A stretch of DNA of 64,000 nt from a virus, in the IMG/VR virus record IMGVR_UViG_3300025426_000014. One strand, given 5' to 3'. Below are positions 18,943 through 28,682 of this stretch, one piece after another. The position numbers and the translations under genes were made by a program. The notes below the pieces were generated by a model. That model did not search any database. It saw only the letters and a list, made by a program, of their open reading frames with translations, and was not told where the DNA came from. The number at the start of each line of letters is the position of its first letter. Positions within the stretch are counted from its first letter, which is position 1.

Positions 18943-19452
18943 ATGTCGACATTGATTTTGAACGCCGACGCAAGTCCAGTAAGCCTACTTCCTTTGAGCA
19001 CTATCTCTTGGGAGGAAGCAATCCGTTATTTGGTATCTGACAAGGCCATTGTATTAGATTGGTACGAAGATTGGATAGTTCGCAGTGAAAAGTGGAGTAC
19101 TCCCGTCCCTGCTGTTATGATTTTGAAAGAATACCAAAAGAAGAAAACCACAGTTCGCTTTAGTAAGCATAATGTGTTTCTTCGTGACGGCTATACTTGC
19201 CAATACTGTGGTGAAGATGTTGCCCGTAAAACTGCTACATTGGACCATGTGTTGCCAGTATCACACGGCGGTAAGACTACTTTTGAAAACTGCGTTTGTG
19301 CCTGCGCTAGTTGTAATGCCAGCAAGGGCAACAACAAGAAGATTGTTCCAAAGGTTAAACCAACCAAACCTACATACTTTCAGTTAGCTGAAAAGCGTAA
19401 GAAGTTGGATTGGAATGTTCCGCATCCTAGCTGGACAGCATATCTAGGATAG
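18943..19452 (+). CDS. HNH endonuclease (McrA-like)
   Basis: LILNAD N-terminus; RDGYTCQYCG, TLDHVLPVSHGG, NCVCACASCNASKGN. Confidence 0.92.
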   Translation: MSTLILNADASPVSLLPLSTISWEEAIRYLVSDKAIVLDWYEDWIVRSEKWSTPVPAVMILKEYQKKKTTVRFSKHNVFLRDGYTCQYCGEDVARKTATLDHVLPVSHGGKTTFENCVCACASCNASKGNNKKIVPKVKPTKPTYFQLAEKRKKLDWNVPHPSWTAYLG

Positions 19453-19455
19453 CAC

Positions 19456-19479
19456 AAAAGCCCCGTAAGGGGCTTTTTT
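19456..19479. terminator. Bidirectional intrinsic terminator
   Basis: aaaagcccc-GTAA-ggggctttttt between convergent HNH and infA. Confidence 0.88.
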
Positions 19480-19696
19480 ATTTCTCACGGAAAATAATGC
19501 GACATTTGGTTAAATCATAGACCGACATTTCTGTGCGAACACGGTCACCAAGAAGAATTTGGATTTTATTTTGGCGTATTCTGCCACTGATGTGTCCTAG
19601 TACTAGAGCATTATTCTCTAGTCGAACACGGAACATCGAGTTAGGGAGGGCTTCTTCTACCACTCCCATCATCTCTATCAAATTGTCTTTTGCCAC
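19478..19696 (-). CDS. infA: Translation initiation factor IF-1
   Basis: [28 protein letters not shown]...[32 protein letters not shown]; 72 aa; GTG start with AGGAG SD. Confidence 0.95.
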   Translation of the reverse strand: MAKDNLIEMMGVVEEALPNSMFRVRLENNALVLGHISGRIRQNKIQILLGDRVRTEMSVYDLTKCRIIFREK

Positions 19697-19711
19697 TTGG
19701 CTTACATCTCC

Positions 19712-21034
19712 TTAAATTTTCTCACCTGCCGCAAATCCACGCCAAACCTTAAAGCGTGGAAAACGCAAACTATACACATTATCGCTGTCTTGATTCAATG
19801 TAGCAACATCCGCACGAACTTCGCCAACTTGCCCAACTACTTGATCTTTAACAGCCCAAATCTCTTCACGATCCTTGTCGCTCCATCCACTGCCAACACT
19901 GACACGAATGAACTTGCCATCATCTTCGCCTTCAAACAAGATAGCACCCATTTTACCCACATTCTTACCAGTGCCTTCTTCCACTGCTACTGCTGTAAGA
20001 CTGACTTCGATAAACGGTTTCATCTTGAGCCAACTCACACTTCGCTTGGCTTCATATACGGCATCAATATCTTTGATCATAATGCCTTCAAAACCTGATT
20101 CAATGGCATCTTTGTTATACTGTTTGAACTCTAGTTCGCCCACATAGGTATCCAAATCAACTGCTGTTTGCGGAATAATGTCAATGCTACCAATCCTGTC
20201 AAACACATCTTTCATATTGCGTAGCATTTTACTACGATGCTGTTGACCCAAACTAGATTTACCTGCTTGGAACTCTGTCAAGGACAGGATGTCAAACAAC
20301 ATCAGTCGAGCATCTTCGCTTTGAACATCACTTTTACGATGTACCTGTTTCATTAGTGCTTGGAAACTAGAGCTAACCATTTCGCCGTCTAACACTAGAG
20401 AACGATTAAACAAATCGATATTTTTTTCAATAGCTTCTGTAATGTGGGCAAAGTTTTCCAACAACTTACCATTACGGCTGTACATTGTGGCTGTCTTGTT
20501 ATTGATATTGATCACAGTAATAACACGAACACCATCCAACTTGGGTTCTAGCAACTTCTTACCCACAATCTTCTTTTCGTGATTAGCACCGTCATGTGCC
20601 AACATACACTCGAACAAAGGAATACCTTGAATCTTACTAAATCGACCTGACAAGACCTTGTTTACAGTCTTTTCACTGACACCGCAACGAAGGTCTTTGA
20701 TAAGGATACGGCGATACCAATCATTCCATTGTGCCTTGGTGCTTGCTGACAGCGCCAGTTCAATGGCATCACGAGCGGCATGTCCGGTAAGTTCACGAGC
20801 AGCCAAACTACGGGCTAGTTCTTTAAAGACTACCCAAGGTAAACCCTGTCCTTCTCCGCCACCGTGTGTGGGCACTTTCTTGACACCAAAAGTAATCATA
20901 GGGTCAAGGGCCAAACGGAAACCTTCAAACAGCTCTTGATTGTCTGCTTCGGCCTCAGCTTCAATAATTGCTTCTTTGTTTAAACGACTTGCGTGTTCTT
21001 CAAGGCTACGAATAACGCTATCACAATGACTCAT
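19712..21034 (-). CDS. ATP-dependent DNA ligase
   Basis: KLDGVR (motif I), LDGE, EGIMIK, WLKMKP, VGSG, SLRFPRF. Confidence 0.95.
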   Translation of the reverse strand: MSHCDSVIRSLEEHASRLNKEAIIEAEAEADNQELFEGFRLALDPMITFGVKKVPTHGGGEGQGLPWVVFKELARSLAARELTGHAARDAIELALSASTKAQWNDWYRRILIKDLRCGVSEKTVNKVLSGRFSKIQGIPLFECMLAHDGANHEKKIVGKKLLEPKLDGVRVITVININNKTATMYSRNGKLLENFAHITEAIEKNIDLFNRSLVLDGEMVSSSFQALMKQVHRKSDVQSEDARLMLFDILSLTEFQAGKSSLGQQHRSKMLRNMKDVFDRIGSIDIIPQTAVDLDTYVGELEFKQYNKDAIESGFEGIMIKDIDAVYEAKRSVSWLKMKPFIEVSLTAVAVEEGTGKNVGKMGAILFEGEDDGKFIRVSVGSGWSDKDREEIWAVKDQVVGQVGEVRADVATLNQDSDNVYSLRFPRFKVWRGFAAGEKI

Positions 21035-21059
21035 GGCATTCCTGTGTGTTAAAAACTAT

Positions 21060-21088
21060 ATTATACAGGAATTTTAGTCATTTGTCAA
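21060..21088 (-). promoter_or_regulatory. sigma70 promoter for ligase-infA
   Basis: TTGACA (21088-83)-17-TATAAT (21065-60); -35 overlaps the erpA stop. Confidence 0.8.
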
Positions 21089-21414
21089 ACACTAAATGAG
21101 CTACCGCATCCACATTGGCTAACAGCATTGGGGTTTTTTATGTTAAAACTGCTACCCATTAGATCTTCTTTGTAATCAATGACAGCACCATTAAGATACA
21201 TCATGCTCATACTATCAACTAATACTCGAAACTTACCAGCTTCTAGTACGAAATCGTCTTCGTTTTGTTCTTCATCAATGGTAAATCCATATTGGAAACC
21301 ACTGCACCCTCCGCCTTGTACAAAAGTGCGTAAGGCAACATTGGGATTATCTTCTTCTAAAAGAATATCCGATATTTTTGATTTGGCAGCATCTGTAATA
21401 GTTAGTTGATCCAT
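21085..21414 (-). CDS. erpA: A-type Fe-S carrier ErpA
   Basis: [40 protein letters not shown]. Confidence 0.9.
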   Translation of the reverse strand: MDQLTITDAAKSKISDILLEEDNPNVALRTFVQGGGCSGFQYGFTIDEEQNEDDFVLEAGKFRVLVDSMSMMYLNGAVIDYKEDLMGSSFNIKNPNAVSQCGCGSSFSV

Positions 21415-21422
21415 GATGATAT

Positions 21423-21749
21423 TTATACCCTAAAACTTTCGCCACAACCACATTCACCACGAGAGTTTGGATTATGGAATTCAAATCCTTCATTAAGTCC
21501 TTGGCGGACATAATCTATTTCTAGCCCATCTAAATAAACAGAATCACGTCCATTTACCCAAACAGTGGCTCCGTTGTGTTCGTATTTGAACCAATCACGA
21601 GTTGCAGGAGCACTATCCATATATTCTAGCACATAGGCCAAGCCACTGCAACCTGTGGTTTTTACACCTACCCTAACACCAACTCCTTGCCCTCTTCGAG
21701 CAATTTGTTGTTTGATTTTATTAGAAGCTGTTTCTGTTAAGGTAATCAT
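21423..21749 (-). CDS. iscA: A-type Fe-S carrier IscA
   Basis: [31 protein letters not shown]...CGCGESF. Confidence 0.92.
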   Translation of the reverse strand: MITLTETASNKIKQQIARRGQGVGVRVGVKTTGCSGLAYVLEYMDSAPATRDWFKYEHNGATVWVNGRDSVYLDGLEIDYVRQGLNEGFEFHNPNSRGECGCGESFRV

Positions 21750-22101
21750 TTATCGCGGCTTTGACAGCATCTTCTGCCAAAATTGAGCAATGTATTTTAA
21801 CGGGTGGAAGTGCCAACTCTTCGGCAATGTCGCTGTTTTTAATACTTCCCGCTTGATCAAGTGTTTTCCCTTTAACCCACTCTGTAACCAGGGATGAACT
21901 AGCAATAGCGGATCCGCATCCATATGTTTTAAATCTCGCATCTGTAATAATCCCATCTTCAACTTTTATACTTAACTGTAAAACATCTCCGCAACTAGGT
22001 GCCCCCACGAGTCCAACTCCAACACCTTCCTCGTCTTTGGCAAAACTGCCAACATTACGAGGATTTTCATAGTGATCAACCACCTGTGCTGAATAACTCA
22101 T
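21721..22101 (-). CDS. iscU: Fe-S scaffold IscU
   Basis: YS..VVDHYENPRNVG, GAPSCGDV, FKTYGCGSAIASSS, LPPVKIHCSILAEDA. Confidence 0.96.
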   Translation of the reverse strand: MSYSAQVVDHYENPRNVGSFAKDEEGVGVGLVGAPSCGDVLQLSIKVEDGIITDARFKTYGCGSAIASSSLVTEWVKGKTLDQAGSIKNSDIAEELALPPVKIHCSILAEDAVKAAINDYLNRNSF

Positions 22102-22151
22102 ACAATATTTCCTTTGAAATTAAACATTTAGTCCGTTACTAAAATCTGCCA

Positions 22152-22409
22152 TTAGTCTCTAGAACCGGGATAGTATTTTTGGTTGCCGCCAAACTTAACA
22201 CTTTTAACTTTGCGACCTTTAAGCGTTTTACCGCTACCTTTAACACCTTGTGTACCCGTTCCGTCTGTATTATCTGTATCATGCGGACGCATACCACGGG
22301 CAACACATTGGCTATAACGAACATTAGACAAACGAGCGCCACGCACATCACACTGAGCCTGTGTAGGAGCGGCTATTTTCTTTTCAGCAAGTAAGTCTAA
22401 TATTTTCAT
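22152..22409 (-). CDS. Small basic hypothetical protein
   Basis: 85 aa; TAAATA 5 nt upstream of ATG. Confidence 0.6.
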   Translation of the reverse strand: MKILDLLAEKKIAAPTQAQCDVRGARLSNVRYSQCVARGMRPHDTDNTDGTGTQGVKGSGKTLKGRKVKSVKFGGNQKYYPGSRD

Positions 22410-22417
22410 ACTTTTAT

Positions 22418-22744
22418 TTATTTAAAAAGAATGATACCCATCATCAAAGTCTGTGCAACAAAACCAATAGTGATCGTAGCAATATACAAGATATCTTTTT
22501 CCAGGAGGGATTTAACAAACAAGGTAGTTAGAGCGGCCCAGATAAACACCATCAAGTCAATATTAGGTAGTTTATCGCTATTGCCCACAATCACTGCCCA
22601 AAGCGTAGGAACACTGGCAAAGTGTAGCATAACAATAGCAATCCAACCTAGCGCATGAGCACTGATGTTTACAGCATGATTTTTGATAAAGTTGTAAATG
22701 GCTGTGTAACCTTTGACGAACAAGTTAATGATTTTTGAAAACAT
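22418..22744 (-). CDS. Membrane protein
   Basis: 3-4 hydrophobic helices; AAGGA SD. Confidence 0.7.
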   Translation of the reverse strand: MFSKIINLFVKGYTAIYNFIKNHAVNISAHALGWIAIVMLHFASVPTLWAVIVGNSDKLPNIDLMVFIWAALTTLFVKSLLEKDILYIATITIGFVAQTLMMGIILFK

Positions 22745-22752
22745 ATATTTCC

Positions 22753-23331
22753 TTAGTTATAAAAAATGTGATGACCGATGTGTGCTACAGGCTTCTTGCC
22801 CCAATGTGGGTCAATATAGTCTGCATGATAATAAAGTGCCCGTTCTAGGCTAGGTAATCGATAGTTTTCCATTAGAACTTTTTGTGCGGCAATAACGCTT
22901 TGTTCATAGTTAACTTTGTTAACGGCATTGAACTTAACGACTCTATCGCAGGCCCACGAAAACTGGCATACGACCTTATCATAGAACACATTCTTTTGGT
23001 AAATGGTTTTACATACATCCCCGGGAAACTTGCCCGAGTTAACACGATTCATAGTAACAATGGCCACTGCGGCTTTGCCTTCAAATGGTTCGCTACCAGC
23101 TTCAAAGTAAATGTTCTTAGCCAAACATCCCATTTGGCGTTCTCTAAACTCTGCTGTAATATCGCTGGTTTCTTGTGCATCGCTGTGGGATAGTTTAGTG
23201 TCTACTGCCCAATGTAGCAAATGTACTGTGCCCCATAGGAATAATCCCATTAGCACAAAAGATATAAATTTGAGAATTGAATTGGGTATCTCAACCCCTT
23301 CCACTCCTCGCTTGTTCGCAATCGTAGTCAT
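22753..23331 (-). CDS. Cell-wall hydrolase, SleB/CwlJ (Hydrolase_2) family with N-terminal TM
   Basis: CLAKNIYFEAGSEP..GK.AVA.VTMNRV, CQFSW, ALYYHA, IGHHIFY. Confidence 0.9.
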   Translation of the reverse strand: MTTIANKRGVEGVEIPNSILKFISFVLMGLFLWGTVHLLHWAVDTKLSHSDAQETSDITAEFRERQMGCLAKNIYFEAGSEPFEGKAAVAIVTMNRVNSGKFPGDVCKTIYQKNVFYDKVVCQFSWACDRVVKFNAVNKVNYEQSVIAAQKVLMENYRLPSLERALYYHADYIDPHWGKKPVAHIGHHIFYN

Positions 23332-23418
23332 AAGACCTCCTTTTGTTTAATAGCGCGGTAAGAATAGTTATCTTCAACTCGTAAGTTTATAGCAAAAAGT
23401 GCCTAAAGTCAAGTGTTT

Positions 23419-23742
23419 TTAAGGTTTACGCTCGATATCGGACTCTTCGCAACGAGTTCCGTATTGTATTTCAACAATCTTTAAGGGGTTATCAGTGTTG
23501 TTGATCAACTGATGCCATTCGCCCACAAGTATAGTTTTGCTTTGTTGTTCTTTAAGGGTTGTTCTACCAGGATTCCAATCTATAGTAGCAGTGCCTTCAC
23601 TGACAATCCAGTATTCATTACGATGTTCGTGTCGTTGCATACTCAACTGTTGTCCCGGCATAACAGTTAATTCTTTAACTTTCATACCCGGTACTTCGTG
23701 TAATACTTGATAGTAGCCCCACGGGCGATTTGTTTTTGTCAT
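23419..23742 (-). CDS. Cupin, mannose-6-phosphate isomerase type II C-terminal-like
   Basis: RPWGYY, VKEL.V.PG..LS.QRH.HR.EYW, IVEIQYG...E.DIER. Confidence 0.88.
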   Translation of the reverse strand: MTKTNRPWGYYQVLHEVPGMKVKELTVMPGQQLSMQRHEHRNEYWIVSEGTATIDWNPGRTTLKEQQSKTILVGEWHQLINNTDNPLKIVEIQYGTRCEESDIERKP

Positions 23743-24290
23743 TTTTCACCTATAATCATAAAGCGTGTAAAACTCCAATTCGGATATACAAACGCTTTTT
23801 CACCACTATACATCAGCTGTCGAACTGGGTACATTTTTACAAAATCTTCAAGACAACTCGAATGAACATGATGGTCTTCATGAGGCATATTGTTACCTTG
23901 TAGAACAACTGCGGTTCCTTTGGGAATGTTATTCCACCAATCCATGTTATCAAAATGTTCTGTACTGGTGTTTATGATCATATCCATATTACGCAAAGAT
24001 GTTATTGATTTATTACAATCTTCTGTAAAGGCTTTAAACTGCCAATCCTGCCATACCCAGTTTTCATTTATCATATCTGCCACAGGTTGGCACGTTGGAT
24101 CCATATCTAAACTAACACAGCGATCTATTTGTATGTTGCCACGAACTTTGAGTAGGAAATGTGTTATACCATACCAACCGCCGTAGATACCTAAGTAATC
24201 TATTTGTGTGTAAATTTTTTCTAGTTCTTCACACAACCAAATCTTACTGCCTATTTGTCCACTGCTAAATGCGTCTGGATTAATTTCCAT
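23739..24290 (-). CDS. Putative class I SAM-dependent methyltransferase
   Basis: GGWYG glycine loop, acidic LDMD, INTSTEH. Confidence 0.6.
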   Translation of the reverse strand: MEINPDAFSSGQIGSKIWLCEELEKIYTQIDYLGIYGGWYGITHFLLKVRGNIQIDRCVSLDMDPTCQPVADMINENWVWQDWQFKAFTEDCNKSITSLRNMDMIINTSTEHFDNMDWWNNIPKGTAVVLQGNNMPHEDHHVHSSCLEDFVKMYPVRQLMYSGEKAFVYPNWSFTRFMIIGEK

Positions 24291-24826
24291 TATACGTAGT
24301 ATAGTTCCGGGTATTCGATTAATACATGCACACCGCCCTGTTTATAGGCTTTCTTATAGGTATCTACAATCTTGGCATGATCTTTTAAATCATAAAACTT
24401 AATGTTTGGGCACATAGATTTGAACTCTTTTAAATAGTTGCCTTTATGCTGATGACCAGGATCTAATGGCTTGTCTGAACCTTTGCCCAATCTAATGATC
24501 ATGTTGGCCTGTTGACCAGTCATTAGTTCATACTTGTCTACATGGTTAATCAGTTGATTAGCAGCCAATATAATAAAGTCCCAACGAGGATAGAATGTAA
24601 CCACGGTCTTACCAGTCATAGCAATACCTAAACTCATGCCCATTTGTGTTTCTTCCATGACGGGTAGCTCAATCATTTTATCTTTGGACACATTACCCAA
24701 TGTAGTACTCATAGGATTACCAGCATAAACAATCTGTTGTCCTATAAACACTGTGTTGTTTTGCTCTCCCAAATAGGTCATTGCCTGTGTTAAAGCATCT
24801 TTATACGGTTGCGTTGTTGTTGTCAT
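24290..24826 (-). CDS. ThDP enzyme, E1-beta/transketolase pyrimidine-binding domain only
   Basis: ALTQAM, VFIGQ, IELPVMEETQMGMSLGIA, DF...A.NQLINH..K, GHQH; lacks the C-terminal domain. Confidence 0.85.
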   Translation of the reverse strand: MTTTTQPYKDALTQAMTYLGEQNNTVFIGQQIVYAGNPMSTTLGNVSKDKMIELPVMEETQMGMSLGIAMTGKTVVTFYPRWDFIILAANQLINHVDKYELMTGQQANMIIRLGKGSDKPLDPGHQHKGNYLKEFKSMCPNIKFYDLKDHAKIVDTYKKAYKQGGVHVLIEYPELYYV

Positions 24827-25682
24827 TTTCTATTCGTCTAATAATGTTTTGAGCCATAACTCTGTGGCAAGTTAAACTTGGATGATGATCTTTAGGAGTT
24901 ACTTCAAACGAAAACTCATCCCATTTAACTGTGAGTTCTGGATTATAACCTTTACTGTGCATGGCACCAGGCCACATTAAATCTGTAATGCTTTTATAGT
25001 TTTTACCATTGTAGTTAAATGTAACAAATCTTTGAGATAACCAAAGATCCTGCTCAATCAAGGGAATATACTCTTCAGGCCAAGTAAAGATTAGGGTCTT
25101 TATTCCTTTACTTTCACAAGTTTGCAGGAACTGTTTGACATTGTCAAGACCCTTTTGAATGTATTGTGCTAAAAACTGATCTAATGACAAACCTTGATCT
25201 TCTAAATACTTTAGGAAATGCTGTTTATGTTCGTCTTTATTAATTTCGTGAAAAGGTAAGTAATGCGTTTTTCCGCTGTGTTCAAATACAACATGATCCC
25301 GCTGCCATTGAGTTAGTTGAAATACAACATGGGACACTTCTTCGTATTCAATAAATGGAATACTATGTCCACTATACCAAGCACCTTCAGATCTATCAGT
25401 AAAACACTTGGTCCACCATGTAACAGCACCTTCATTAGATCCACCATTTTGAGGATGAACAAACTCAAAACTATTAAAATGGTCAGCAACTATTCTAGGA
25501 TAGCGAACGCTTTCCATAAACTTGATGTGTGCATGTTTAACTAGTTTAGGATCGTATTGATCCGGAGGAGGTTCTCCTATAGTGGGCAGGTTACTATAAT
25601 AATATAGACCCTGTCCCCACGTAAAGGAACATCCAGCAAATATCATGCCTTTGGTAATTCTACAGTTTTCTTTACTTTGCAT
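24801..25682 (-). CDS. SGNH/GDSL-like hydrolase or acyltransferase
   Basis: FAGCSFTWGQG (block I), NGGSN, DHHPS (block V). Confidence 0.7.
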   Translation of the reverse strand: MQSKENCRITKGMIFAGCSFTWGQGLYYYSNLPTIGEPPPDQYDPKLVKHAHIKFMESVRYPRIVADHFNSFEFVHPQNGGSNEGAVTWWTKCFTDRSEGAWYSGHSIPFIEYEEVSHVVFQLTQWQRDHVVFEHSGKTHYLPFHEINKDEHKQHFLKYLEDQGLSLDQFLAQYIQKGLDNVKQFLQTCESKGIKTLIFTWPEEYIPLIEQDLWLSQRFVTFNYNGKNYKSITDLMWPGAMHSKGYNPELTVKWDEFSFEVTPKDHHPSLTCHRVMAQNIIRRIENDNNNATV

Positions 25683-26613
25683 TATCTTGTTCTATTCTTT
25701 TAATAATGTTGTCAGCCACAACTCGATGACACTTTAAACTAGGATGGTCATCCAAAGTTGGGACTTCGAAATTATCAGTATCAGTGGACAATTTAAACCC
25801 GGGTACAGTCATTAAATCATCCATAGATAGATAGTTCTTACCTTCGTAGTCGAAAGTAATAAATCTTTCAGAAAACCAACTATCCTTTTTAATATATTCT
25901 AAAAAATCATTAGGCCAAGTTAGAATATAAGTTTTAATATTTTTATCTTCTAGTTGTTGTAATAAAGTTTTTACCGATGCTAAACTGTTTAGCAATACTT
26001 CTTCATTGTGTTGACCCACGGTTTTATTGTTCAAATTTAACCAATCCAAATATAAATCTCTAAAAGGTCCATCTGGATTCCATAGTAAACTAAGAGTAAT
26101 TTCTTTCTGTATATTGCCTACCTTCAACTGTACCGTATCTCGGTTATAAGGAGTTAGTTGAAGAATAAAGTGTGATATATCATTAGTATCAATATATTCT
26201 ATCTTATCAAACCATTTTGGATGTGATTCAAAAGTTTCTTTTCCGGAGTCTTTAAAATAATCATAGGCATAGGCATGAACATATTTTGTCGGTTTTCCTG
26301 GATTAAGTAAAACAGAGTTTTGTCTACTAAAACATTCAGACCAATACTCATACATTTTTTTATTACTGCCACCATTTTTGGCGTGTACTATTTCATAGGT
26401 ATTAAAATGATTGGCAACAAGTCTAGGATATCGTACAGCATCTTTAAAAGCAACATGTGCCCTGGTTATAAAAATAGGGTTAAAATTATAAGGCTTGTCT
26501 TCTATAACAGTTTTAGAGTTAGTATAATAATGTAGATTTTGTCCCCATGTAAAGGAACATCCTGCAAATACCATGCCCTTTATAGGAGTTGCATCTGGTT
26601 TATATTTCATCAT
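25672..26613 (-). CDS. SGNH/GDSL-like hydrolase or acyltransferase (paralog)
   Basis: FAGCSFTWGQ, NGGSN, DDHPS; clear paralog of 24801 and 27304. Confidence 0.7.
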   Translation of the reverse strand: MMKYKPDATPIKGMVFAGCSFTWGQNLHYYTNSKTVIEDKPYNFNPIFITRAHVAFKDAVRYPRLVANHFNTYEIVHAKNGGSNKKMYEYWSECFSRQNSVLLNPGKPTKYVHAYAYDYFKDSGKETFESHPKWFDKIEYIDTNDISHFILQLTPYNRDTVQLKVGNIQKEITLSLLWNPDGPFRDLYLDWLNLNNKTVGQHNEEVLLNSLASVKTLLQQLEDKNIKTYILTWPNDFLEYIKKDSWFSERFITFDYEGKNYLSMDDLMTVPGFKLSTDTDNFEVPTLDDHPSLKCHRVVADNIIKRIEQDNAK

Positions 26614-27311
26614 ATATTAAAATGTTGCATTATTTCAATAGCCAGCGCCCTAGCTGATTCTAACCCAGGATGTTTTTGATTATGAAATAACGAAGTATCC
26701 TGTGTTGCTGCAATAATTTCTTCTTTAATAGACAACTCTCGTTGTATGATATCCTCGGATATATCGGGCCAATCCCACAAAGAACCTTTACCTCTTTCTA
26801 AAAATTCAAATGCTTGACTAGCGGGCACATCTTTTCCAGTTATTTTAGAACGCAGATTATCTACTGTATAATCTGCCCAATCTAACATATGCTTTTTAGA
26901 TTTGTGTAGGGGGGCATGGCCGCCCATTATAGCCCATTTGACAGTAGGATGATTATTTTTAATATCAGTGGCCCATTGATACATTCTTTCGGCAGTAAGA
27001 TCTATTACTGCATCATATCCTAATGTAGAAAACTTTTCTACTTCTGGAGGGGTAAAATCTCTAATCAACTCAGTATGAAACCAAATAACGATATCTGGAT
27101 ACATTGTGGTATCTTTAGTGGCATATAACAATGTTTCTAGTTGTTGAAACTGATAGTTATTACTATTACCTCCCCAAGATTTATTAAATGTAGGATGTCC
27201 TTTCTTGAGAAACTGATATTCAAACCACTCTGCAATAGAGGTATCTCCTCGTGGCCAAAGATGACAAGGAACGGTTCCCCATGTATCCCCTATTATAACT
27301 ATATTAGCCAT
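26610..27311 (-). CDS. SGNH-like protein (divergent)
   Basis: IIGDTWG, GGNSN, KHPG; Thr at the nucleophile position. Confidence 0.55.
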   Translation of the reverse strand: MANIVIIGDTWGTVPCHLWPRGDTSIAEWFEYQFLKKGHPTFNKSWGGNSNNYQFQQLETLLYATKDTTMYPDIVIWFHTELIRDFTPPEVEKFSTLGYDAVIDLTAERMYQWATDIKNNHPTVKWAIMGGHAPLHKSKKHMLDWADYTVDNLRSKITGKDVPASQAFEFLERGKGSLWDWPDISEDIIQRELSIKEEIIAATQDTSLFHNQKHPGLESARALAIEIMQHFNI

Positions 27312-28251
27312 TTTTATCCTTTTCTATTTTTTTAATAATGCTGTCTGCAAATAAACGATGGCAATGTAGACTCGGATGACTATCCACTGGTGGAGTTTCA
27401 AAATGTTCATAATCACCTAATATCTCTAACCCAGGGTTTTTTTGAAACATATCTTCGATACATTCGTAGGTAGAATTGTTATATTCAAATGTTATAAGTT
27501 TATCTGCCAAAAGTTCATCTTGTTTGATTAACGGTACATAGTGGGGAGACCATGTCATGATGTAGGTCTTTATTCCTTTTTCTTCTAAACCTTGTAAAAA
27601 GGTTTTAACATTGTTAAAATCGTTGGCAATAAATTCATTGTGGAACTGAAAAAGATCCATATTTTTATTCAACAACCATTCAGAAAATAAATCTTTATAG
27701 TGTTGACTAGGATTCCAAACATCAAATAGTCTCAACGGACGACCTACTCTATAGATAAAATCAAAGTTTGTAATACGACTTCTCGGCCAATAGGTCAGTT
27801 GAAAAACTACATGCGAAATCTCTTGGTGTTTGGTTTTTGTTAGTTGATCAAACCAAGTGGGATAATCTTGAGCAATTTGAACATCTGTCTTACCTGCAAT
27901 ATCCGGAGCTAGATGATCGTATAAAGTATTCCTTATAAAGGATCCATGATTATTATCATCGTTAAGGCTTTCTGTCCAATACTCAACCATCAAGTCATTT
28001 GCACCACCGTTACTGGGATGAACTATTTCAAAAGAATCAAAATGATCAGCAACTAGTCTAGGAAATCTATGCCTGTTTTTAAACTTTAGATTAGCAGTAG
28101 TATAAAGCCAAGGGGAATATCCCTGTTCTTGTTCTTTATAAGTTTCTAACACAGGAGAAAAACTATACCACCAAAGTCCTTGACCCCAGGTAAAAGAATC
28201 ACCTATAAACAACATGCCCTTTTTAGATTCAGGGTTTCCACGATATTTCAT
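27304..28251 (-). CDS. SGNH/GDSL-like hydrolase or acyltransferase (paralog)
   Basis: FIGDSFTWGQG, NGGAN, DSHPS. Confidence 0.7.
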   Translation of the reverse strand: MKYRGNPESKKGMLFIGDSFTWGQGLWWYSFSPVLETYKEQEQGYSPWLYTTANLKFKNRHRFPRLVADHFDSFEIVHPSNGGANDLMVEYWTESLNDDNNHGSFIRNTLYDHLAPDIAGKTDVQIAQDYPTWFDQLTKTKHQEISHVVFQLTYWPRSRITNFDFIYRVGRPLRLFDVWNPSQHYKDLFSEWLLNKNMDLFQFHNEFIANDFNNVKTFLQGLEEKGIKTYIMTWSPHYVPLIKQDELLADKLITFEYNNSTYECIEDMFQKNPGLEILGDYEHFETPPVDSHPSLHCHRLFADSIIKKIEKDKNG

Positions 28252-28682
28252 TTTTTCTTTTTCTTAGGTTCGCTGGATTCGCCCCAACTGATTTCCCAAT
28301 CTTTAAAGTCAGCGGCAAGACAATCCACTTTATAATCCAATCTGCCACCTACTACTTCTTGTATTTTGTTTTTAGCAGTATTACGAATACCATTTAATCC
28401 GTGTGTAAGTGCTAGATTACCTTCTTTAAGTCCGCGACGGTAAGCAGATTCATTGTGCCAAATATGTAAATTCATTTGACTCACTACCACAATAGCACGA
28501 ATAGTTTCTGCTGTGATCTCAGCATCTGCTTCATTGAGTATAAGCTGAATATCGTGTACAATATCCGCAATCTCCTGCGAATATTCTGCCTTGTGTTCTG
28601 TAATGAAAACTTCTTTTAGTTGAACAATGCTCAATCTATCAATAAGGTCGCCTAGTGTATGCAAGTATCTTCTCTCAGTCAT
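28248..28682 (-). CDS. DUF4254-like helical protein
   Basis: GDLIDRLSIVQLK motif and N..IWH.E...R...N..RN pattern. Confidence 0.55.
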   Translation of the reverse strand: MTERRYLHTLGDLIDRLSIVQLKEVFITEHKAEYSQEIADIVHDIQLILNEADAEITAETIRAIVVVSQMNLHIWHNESAYRRGLKEGNLALTHGLNGIRNTAKNKIQEVVGGRLDYKVDCLAADFKDWEISWGESSEPKKKKK

